DNA of 64,000 nucleotides, taken from positions 37,944,001-38,008,000 of the forward strand of contig OZ024744.1 of assembly GCA_964016885.1 (NCBI GenBank). The letters run 5' to 3'. The DNA comes from Eledone cirrhosa (lineage: Eukaryota). Of the stretch, positions 54,020 to 64,000 are shown piece after piece. The notes below the pieces were generated by a model. That model searched no databases. It was given only the letters and a program-made list of their open reading frames with translations, and was not told the origin of the DNA. Within the stretch, counting starts at the first letter, position 1; every line of letters begins with the position of its first letter. A program made the translations under genes and the position numbers.

Positions 54020-54490
54020 ATATACACGCACATACATATATGTATACAGACGTACAGTAGTATGTATATATATATATACATGCATGCACACATATATATA
54101 TGTACGTATGGTTTCACCGAACATTTATTATAATTCTCGGTGTGTTTCTAAACAAACGTTCAATCATCTGGAAGGAAGGTATACGTTGCTGACGATAGCT
54201 AATAAGCTTGAAACTAGTACAGCGTTCCTTTGTCAGTGTTGAACAAACGAGCAACGATGGTTGCTAGACACTACGGCTTAATACGGGATGTTTGTTTACA
54301 AACACACCGAGCATTATAATAAATGTTCGGTGAATCCATACGTGCATATATATATGTGTGCATGTATGTATATATATATATATACAAACTACTGTACGTC
54401 TGTATACATATATGTATGTACGTATACATACTTATATTTAAGTAACAGCCGTACTAAGAGTGGGAAAAGAAATTTCGTTTCATTTTTTCC
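54020..54490 (+). mobile_element. Second H5 element; hammerhead at 54183-54225
   Basis: acgttg-CTGACGA-tagctaataagctt-GAAA-ctag-TA-cagcgt. Flanks are homologous to 23150-23560, with inverted 5' pieces. Confidence 0.8.
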
Positions 54491-54736
54491 CGTTTATATA
54501 TATATATGTATATGTATATATACCTATATATATGTGTGTGTGTATATATATATAGAACAACAACTTTTCACTCCTCCCGTTTTCCCCTCGTACATATATC
54601 TCCTGACGGACAGTCAGACGGACAAACAGATTCACTTTTATAATATAGATAGACTGAAAGAAATGGGATACTTTTTACATATATGGTCTATATCTTTATA
54701 TATAACAATATCGTGTAGAAATGTCGGCTGAAAGAT

Positions 54737-55066
54737 TACGAGTGTCGGCTGAAAGGTTCATAAGCTGACTATCACATAGCGATGCTAAAGCATCTTGCAT
54801 GCATTAAATTCAATTTTTCTTATTAATAACTGCATTGTTTCTATCCAGGGACTATGTTTAAAAATAAGCCTCATTTGGTCATGCCATGAAAGTATCTTGG
54901 TCAGCTTATAAAAGAGTAATGCTAGAGCTGTGAAATCTTACATGCATTAGTTTCAACTCTTCTTATTAATACCTGCATTGTTTCTTTCCAGGGACTATGT
55001 TGAAAAAGAAACCTCATTTAGTCAATCGATGAGAGTAACTTGGTCAGCCTATGAACTTTTCAGCTC
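54737..55066. mobile_element. Mariner-type MITE
   Basis: The left end TA-cgagtgtcggctgaaaggttcataagctgac pairs with gtcagcctatgaacttttcagc at 55043-55064; internal ~135-bp tandem duplication. Confidence 0.65.
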
Positions 55067-56187
55067 TAGCATTATTCAAAATAACTTCGCTCGTAATGAC
55101 TTCGCTCAAAATTAACTTAATAATACTGCTGGGGTTATTTTACATATTGTTGTTGTTGAGGGTGTTAGTGGTTGTGAATGTTGTGTTGATGGGATGAGAG
55201 GAGGGAACTGTTGATGTTTGGTGCAATGTTGTTTTGTGTTGTTGCTTTGTTGTTAGTGGCGGACAACATGCATCGTGGCATTGAGTTACAGCCCTTTACA
55301 TTCTGAGTTTAAATCTCGCCGAGGTTAACCTTGCATTTCATCCTTACGGGATAGATAAAATAAAGCACCAGTAATGCACTTGGGTAATTGCTTGCCTCGT
55401 GACAAAAGTAGAAACATTTATTATTATTATTGGTGGTGGCGGCGGTGATGGTGGTGGTGGCGGTGGGGGTATGGTGATGATGGTGATGGTGGTGATGGTA
55501 GTGTTGGTGGTGATGGTAGTGTTGGTGGTTGTGATGGTAGTGATGGTGGTCGTGGTGGTGGTGGTGGGTGTGTAAAGTAAATATTTGACAAAAAAGGAAG
55601 AATGAAACATTGATGAAGAAAAAGAATGAAGGACAGACAGACAAACAGACAGAATGAATTAATGTTAGAAGTAAATAAATAAATAAATAAATAAAGAAAG
55701 AAAGAAAGATGGAAATAAATATTGAAAAAGAAAGAAAGAAAACCACGAATGTTAAATAAATCATGAAAAAATAAAACTAATAAAACTAATAATAAAATTA
55801 AAAAAAGATAATAAAATTAAAATAAATTGAAAATATTGAAGTTGGATTCTTTAGAAAGAGAGAAGAGAAGAAAACAAGACTTTATTGTCTTAAAATTTTA
55901 GATTTAGCGACAAAATATAATTTTTTAAAATTAACCTTGAAGTCACTAACGGAATATGTATGTAGTGGTGTTAGCGGATTAATGCAAATATATGTAAATT
56001 TTATCTAGAAAGAAAAAAAAGATATACTTAATGAGACGCACGTGATGTAGTATAGGTGAAACAGTTTTTTAGTATTTTTGCTTGTGGAGTTGCTATGACA
56101 TTTTTTATAAGGATTCTAAATAAATCTTTAGCTCAGTTTACTAAGACACTTCATTCGTTAGCTACGGTTAGATAAGCAGATGGTTAG

Positions 56188-56251
<64 letters not shown>

Positions 56252-56312
56252 ATGTGTGTGTGTGTGTGTGTGTATAAATATTCATGTAAATATATATATT
56301 ATTTCTCTCTCT

Positions 56313-56377
<65 letters not shown>

Positions 56378-56385
<8 letters not shown>

Positions 56386-57372
56386 TTAGAAACACACAGA
56401 TACATGCGGACACACACATATATACATGAATGCATCCGCACCCAACTGTGAGTTAAGGGTGAATACCCCCTCCGCCTCCGTGGTATTTTCTTCGTGGTTA
56501 TAAGAGGCTTAGCTCTGTTTCTCGACCGTTATATCGCGTGACTATTTCCCCCTCCGCCTTTTGGGATTCTTTCTCACGTCGTGTAGACGCGTTCTTGAGA
56601 CTAGTAAAATGAGGTATCCTCTTGATAAGTCGGCAGACCTCGCAAGGACTCTATATCTTTGATATATTGTTTTTCTTTATGCCACGAAACTACGTAGTCG
56701 AGGAATTTAGGAGCAGTTTAGGTATGATACATTTTATTACTAATTATATCTAAATGTTTCTTCTCTCTTCATAATGTATTTTTAACTCTGATACTGGTTC
56801 AGTCTAGTTCAAACTGAATTGGTCTGTCCCAGTCATTCATTGAGAAACATCGGTGAAGTTGGCACCCTTAACTCACAGTTGGGTGCGGATGCATTCATGT
56901 ATATATGTGTGTGTCCGCATGTATCTGTGTGTTTCTAAATATATTGTTAATAACTCCCTCTGGTCGAGCAATCTTTGAAGTGTGGGGACAACTGGGAAGC
57001 TTCCATTACTCATACTTCTCGCCTTCTTCACTACCTCTTCTACGGCCTCGATGTGAATACCCCCTCCGCCTCCGTGGTATTTTCTTCGTGGTTATAAGAG
57101 GCTTAGCTCTGTTTCTCGACCGTTATATCGCGTGACTATCTCCCCCTCCGCCTTTTGGGATTCTTTCTCACGTCGTGTAGACGCGTTCTTGAGACTAGTA
57201 AAATGAGGTATCCTCTTGATAAGTCGGCAGACCTCGCAAGGACTCTATATCTTTGATATATTGTTTTTGTTTATGCCACGAAACTACGTAGTCGAGGAAT
57301 TTAGGAGCAGTTTAGGTATGATACATTTTATTACTAATTATATCTAAATGTTTCTTCTCTCTTCATAATGTA
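56378..57372. repeat. Partial tandem plus inverted non-coding element between (TA)n tracts (Penelope-style arrangement)
   Basis: 56459-56778 is repeated at 57053-57372 (offset 594); 56378-56461 is inverted at 56863-56946. No intact hammerhead core found. Confidence 0.7.
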
Positions 57373-57433
57373 TATATATATATATATATATACGATATTA
57401 AATAAATGGAAACTATATTTATAAAACCATATT

Positions 57434-57499
57434 TATTTCATTATATATATTTCAGGGATATCATATTAAAAATATGTTATGCCTTCCTCAGACAAAATA
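57434..57499 (-). ncRNA. Hammerhead ribozyme in the downstream pLTR
   Basis: tattttgt-CTGAGGA-aggcataacatatt(ttt)aatatgatatccct-GAAA-tatata-TA-atgaaata. Confidence 0.8.
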
Positions 57500-57782
57500 C
57501 AATATAAACAGTCTTATAAATAGATAGATTCGACATACCTTTCAACATCGACTTCAATTTGAAAAGTTGAATTGGTAGTGGAAAAAATATATTAGGGACA
57601 GTTATAAAAAGAAAGAAAGAAAAAAGAAAAAACGGAGAAAAAGAAGAAATGCATGCAACTAAATAGAGAGAGATAGATATAGAGAGATAGATAGAGAGAA
57701 GAAATCCATGTAAAGAAACAGAGAGAGATATATAGAGAGAGGAAAAAACATAGAGGGAGATAGATAGAGAGAGAGAGAGAAG

Positions 57783-57838
<56 letters not shown>

Positions 57839-58936
57839 GAGAGAGAGAAAATATAGAGAGATAGATATAGATAGAGATAGAGAGAAAGAAAATAGGTAGT
57901 TGTGCACCAGTTGAATGACGTATCAATGATATATTTATTTATTTATTTATTTATTTATTTAGCTCTAGTATCAATGTAGAGAGAGATATATGTGGTTAAG
58001 AGAGAAAACAGCCGTTACATAGAGAGAAAAGAAAAAGAAAAATATCCAGACAAAAACGAGGCAGATTTAAAACACTATGTATCATCAATGTAAAAAATAT
58101 CAATTCGTATAAAACAGGCATTATAATGTAAATATCAGTATTCATGAATGAGACACGTATCAATAAAGTGTGAAAAATAATGATCATATGTCTAGTTTAA
58201 AATTCATAGGTTTATATTAGAAGGTTATCCCAGATTTTATACTATATACATCATGTGAATTTACGTGATCAGCTCTGCAAATTCCTATTTCACACGAAAA
58301 CATTCTCATTGTGCTATAAAAATTCTAGTATACATATATGTGTACATACACACAAATATATATAGAGTCTACATTAATTTTAACCATACTATTCATGTCT
58401 TTACTCTACATGATTAGCGTTCAAGCATAAATAGAGAACAGATATCAATATATTAATAAAAATAAAAATATCAGAAACAAAAAGTAAATAAAAAACAAAA
58501 ATCAAAAAAATAAATAAATAAAAATCAAAAAAATATTAAAAATAAAACTAAAAATATTAAAAATATAAAAAATATTAAAATAAAAATGAAACATAGTATG
58601 CCCCGCAAATCAACCACAGAGATCAGCCCTTCAAAGTTAATTGACAATATATTGCCAAGTTCGTTATAAGCATCAGAATCAAAAGCAAACAAAACCAAAA
58701 TTATTTACCAAATCCTGTCTAGCAGAAAACATTCCAAAAGTTTAGGATACCCATTTGATCTACAGATGGTCTTATATTTAATATAGAAGTTTATCTAGTG
58801 TAAAATGTATTCGATATATTTGGAGCATCAGCTTTTAGGGTAGTTTAATTATTCATGAAGAATGTTTAAAAAATAAAAAGGAATCGAAAGATTTATCGGC
58901 GAGTTTCATAAATAATTATAAATCAAATTAAATATA

Positions 58937-61152
58937 CTACATTTTAAATTTATATTTATATTTAAAAGTTGAGTTCAAACTATGTCTGCAGCAACTGAAT
59001 AAATTTGTCCGTAAATTAAGGGAATTTTTAGATTTTAGTATAAAGAATATCTCCTCCGCGCAGAGGTCTCAGAGGATGAATTAAAAGGAATCCCTCTTGA
59101 GACTATATTCCAAGCCGTTGAATATCCAACGTTATCATGCCTAAGTTGCCAGAGTAGGCCTGATAGTGATGTTGAGGATTTTTTGCTTGGATCTGTGAAA
59201 GAATTCTTGTGGTTATTATAGCGAAGTTTAAATTCTGTTGAGGTGGAACCAACATAATTAAAAGAATTTAAGTCCGTTTTAACATTACAGTTGTATATTA
59301 TATTTTTAACTAAGCAATTGTTATTTAACGGACATTTAGATCTATCTCTACAGTTACATTTGTTAACTTGGATATTATTTATGCTATTATCGGTATTTTG
59401 GCTAGGTTTTAAATTCCTATTATTTATTCTATTAATATTTTGTGCTAAATGTTTGGTGGATGAGTAGGTTAATGTTATAGTATGTCTATTGAAAATTGAG
59501 TGATACCTATGTGTTCTAGGGAAGCGATTATCAAGAGCATTAAAAAATAGTTTAGCGATGTGGGTTTTAATGTTTAGTGAGAAAGGGGGGGCAAACCATA
59601 TTATATTCCTAGTTCTATTTCTTTTTTGGCTTTTGGAATTATTGTAATGCTTTTTATTATAGTTGTTAAAGTTGTTGCCGTAATTAAAATTGTTGTTATT
59701 TTGGTTAGTTTGTCTATTATTATCTATGTATATAATTTTATCACTATATCCTGCTCTAGCTAACGCTTCATTGTAATACTGGGCTTTTTCGTCGAAAATC
59801 TTTTTATTAGATGAGATTCTAGAGATACGATTTTGAACAGAGTTTACTATAGTATTTTTAACAGATCTGGGGTGGTTAGAGTTAAAGCTGACATAGTTTA
59901 AGTTTTCATTCAACTTGTGAAATGGATAGTGAAGACATGTGTTGAGATTTAATGTTACATCTAGGAAATTGACTATTCTATGGTTATTCTCAATTTCTAT
60001 TTTTAGATTAAAGTAATTAAAAAATTGTGTAATTTGTTTTCTTTTTCTATTTAGTTCAGAGTTATTATTTTCAATAAGTAAAAGCATGTCATCTCTATAT
60101 AAACCTCCGGTAGCACCGGGTATTTTCCTATGCAGCGAATTGATTAAAAATAGGCCCACAAGGTCAGTTACCTGAGCTGAGTCGGATGATCCCATAGTAA
60201 TGTCGAAATTGTTATCTCTATCTGCTCTGGTCCATAGTTGGTCATTAAATTCTATCAATGTTTTCCTAGCCGATAATATAATGTGCATTTCATTGCTAGT
60301 TAGGTCTGTATGTTTGAATGCGTAAATTAGTGCCTTATTTAGTAGATTAGGGGTAATAGATGAATAATAGTTAGCGATATCTAGTTGAATAAACTTATTA
60401 TTATTGTTATATTTAATTTCTTTAAACCACTCAACAACCTCTCCAGTTCCCTTCCACAAGCTCAAGTTAGGTACACAATTCAAGTTTTTAATTTGCTGTA
60501 TCACCCTGTCTAGAATGTTTTTGCTTAGTTTACCCAGGTCAGATTTTGATGGTGCAATCAATCTGACTGGCAGGTCATTTTCAAAATTACTTTTGTGATC
60601 TTTCATATTGATCTTCGGTTTCCTGGGCACGAAAGGTTGTGTTCTGTTCTCAATTTCCAACTCATGCATTATACAAGATGCCTCAACATTCAATTTCTCA
60701 AGCTCGGCCTTATCTGCTACCTTGTACTTTTTCCTCAGTTCTTTCAGTATGATGCCATTATACATGTCTTTTTGCACTCCATAGAGGTTGTTGGTCTTGT
60801 CAGATTTCACCAAGATCTTCTCAGTTTTCTCTAAGCTCTCAATATTATCCTTAATGCCTTTCAGATATTCCTGGCCTTTGAAGTTTCTCTTGAATTTGAC
60901 TCCTTGTATGATAGAAATTATATCGTTTTCAAAGTCAAATAAAAGTTTGTTGGGGGGTGGATTTCTTTTAGATTTGAAAACTTTGTCTAAGTCCGAGACA
61001 TTTTCATTTATATTAGATTTATCAAAGTGGAATGCACGCCACCTGATTCTCCTTATAAAAGAGTCAGATTTATCTATTAATTGTTTAATAAAGTCTTTGT
61101 TTCTAGGTAGAGGTATGTCTTTTAAAGAGGAAGAAATCTTAAAGAATTCCAT
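58937..61152 (-). CDS. PLE RT plus C-terminal GIY-YIG endonuclease (probably Hydra clade), frameshifted near 59070
   Basis: QLDIANYYSSI, ITMGSSDSAQVTDLVG, LYRDD, NFLDVTL, CNCRDRSKCPL, IIY..NYVGST..FKLRYNNH. The shifted frame gives DLCAEEIFFIL...FSCCRH and a stop at 58937-58939. Confidence 0.88.
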
Positions 61153-61331
61153 TTTTTCAGTTATAATATAAAGCGCTCAACAGTATTGGAGCAAGATATA
61201 TGCAAAGTTTTATTTAAATTGTTGGGTTAACAACGAGTAAATATTTATAACTGATATAAAAGCACTCAACAAGTATTTGGAGTATATGTACGATATTAAA
61301 TAAATGGAAACTATATTTATAAAACCATATT

Positions 61332-61397
61332 TATTTCATTATATATATTTCAGGGATATCATATTAAAAATATGTTATGCCTTCCTCAGACAAAATA
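61332..61397 (-). ncRNA. Hammerhead ribozyme in the upstream pLTR
   Basis: Identical to 57434-57499; lies ~180 nt upstream of the ORF start. Confidence 0.8.
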
Positions 61398-62325
61398 CAA
61401 TATAAACAGTCTTATAAATAGATAGATTCGACATACCTTTCAACATCGACTTCAATTTGAAAAGTTGAATTGGTAGTGGAAAAAATATATTAGGGACAGT
61501 TATAAAAGGAAAGAAAGAAAAAAGAAAAAACGGAGAAAAAGAAGAAATGCATGCAACTAAATAGAGAGAGATAGATATAGAGAGATAGATAGAGAGAAGA
61601 AATTCATGTAAAGAAACAGAGAGAGATATATAGAGAGAGGAAAAAACATAGAGGGAGATAGATAGAGAGAGAGAGAGAAGAGAGGAGAGAGAGAGAGAGA
61701 GAAAATATAGAGACATAGATATAGATAGAGATAGAGAGAAAGAAAATAGGTAGTTGTGCACCAGTTGAATGACGTATCAATGATATATTTATTTATTTAT
61801 TTATTTATTTATTTAGCTCTAGTATCAATGTAGAGAGAGATATATGTGGTTAAGAGAGAAAACAGCCGTTACATAGAGAGAAAAGAAAAAGAAAAATATC
61901 CAGACAAAAACGAGGCAGATTTAAAACACTATGTATCATCAATGTAAAAAATATCAATTCGTATAAAACAGGCATTATAATGTAAATATCAGTATTCATG
62001 AATGAGACACGTATCAATAAAGTGTGAAAAATAATGATCATATGTCTAGTTTAAAATTCATAGGTTTATATTAGAAGGTTATCCCAGATTTTATACTATA
62101 TACATCATGTGAATTTACGTGATCAGCTCTGCAAATTCCTATTTCACACGAAAACATTCTCATTGTGCTATAAAAATTCTAGTATACATATATGTGTACA
62201 TACACACAAATATATATAGAGTCTACATTAATTTTAACCATACTATTCATGTCTTTACTCTACATGATTATCGTTCAAGCATAAATAGAGAACAGATATC
62301 AATATATTAATAAAAATAAAAATAT

Positions 62326-62374
<49 letters not shown>

Positions 62375-62815
62375 AATTTCAGTACAGCATCAGCGAAGCT
62401 TTTGGTAGCAGCCAAGCTAACGAATGCGGTTTCGGTGTGCAGCTAAGCACACAATGGAGAATATTACCCCAGCCTTATAACATTACGTTTAGACAGCTTT
62501 GCAAATCAAATAAAGCGACCAATAGACGGGCCGCAGAGACCATAGCGACGAAAAAAACTGAACTCAGGAAGAATGTTTGACTGGTATATATATATATAAA
62601 TATAAATATAAAATTAGCGACAATCGCATTTCGGCGGGTAGAATTGGCGGAGCGCAACTTTTGTATTATGCAGACAAGTTCTACATGGCTACAAAGATAC
62701 CAGAGCTATAAACATAAGTTAAAAAGGTCATACAAACTGAGACGCTGGTTAAGAAGCCATTAACCACCTTAGCCAAAAAAGCGAACAAGCTAAACGGGTC
62801 AAACAAAATAAGATA

Positions 62816-64000
<1,185 letters not shown>

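Larger units (their letters stand above)
57391..62327 (-). mobile_element. Near-complete Penelope-like retroelement with direct pseudo-LTRs (57391-~58470 and 61289-~62327), inserted in (TA)n
   Basis: Near-identical ~1-kb repeats flank the RT/GIY-YIG ORF; each repeat carries a hammerhead; (TA)n lies on both sides. Confidence 0.93.

Overview
Eukaryotic, AT-rich, microsatellite-dense repeat region with no recognisable host gene. The SINE and repeat make-up suggests a mollusc, probably an Octopus-like cephalopod (inference). Contents: (1) head-to-tail stacks of two families of R4/Dong-type non-LTR retrotransposons (RT plus restriction-like endonuclease) joined by (TAA)n tracts, at 1-10.4 kb and 39.9-42.8 kb; (2) one nearly complete Penelope-like element (RT plus C-terminal GIY-YIG, CxCx5C linker, ~1 kb pseudo-LTRs; 57.4-62.3 kb) and several decayed or non-autonomous ones in (TA)n tracts, often as inverted repeats; (3) a decayed RTE LINE, CR1/RTE fragments, tRNA-derived SINEs, a mariner-type MITE, a 4.3-kb 20-bp satellite and a 2.3-kb (GGT)n tract. 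The ORF track misses a dense RNA layer: more than 20 type I hammerhead ribozyme motifs (some degenerate) from at least 7 sequence families. These include two tandem arrays of 312/310-bp non-coding units with one hammerhead per unit (retrozyme-like, predicted to yield circular RNAs). There is also an ACTC-N-GAGTRC hairpin, shared by four otherwise dissimilar hammerhead families, just beyond their insertion 3' ends. All structures were paired by eye; nothing was computed or searched.
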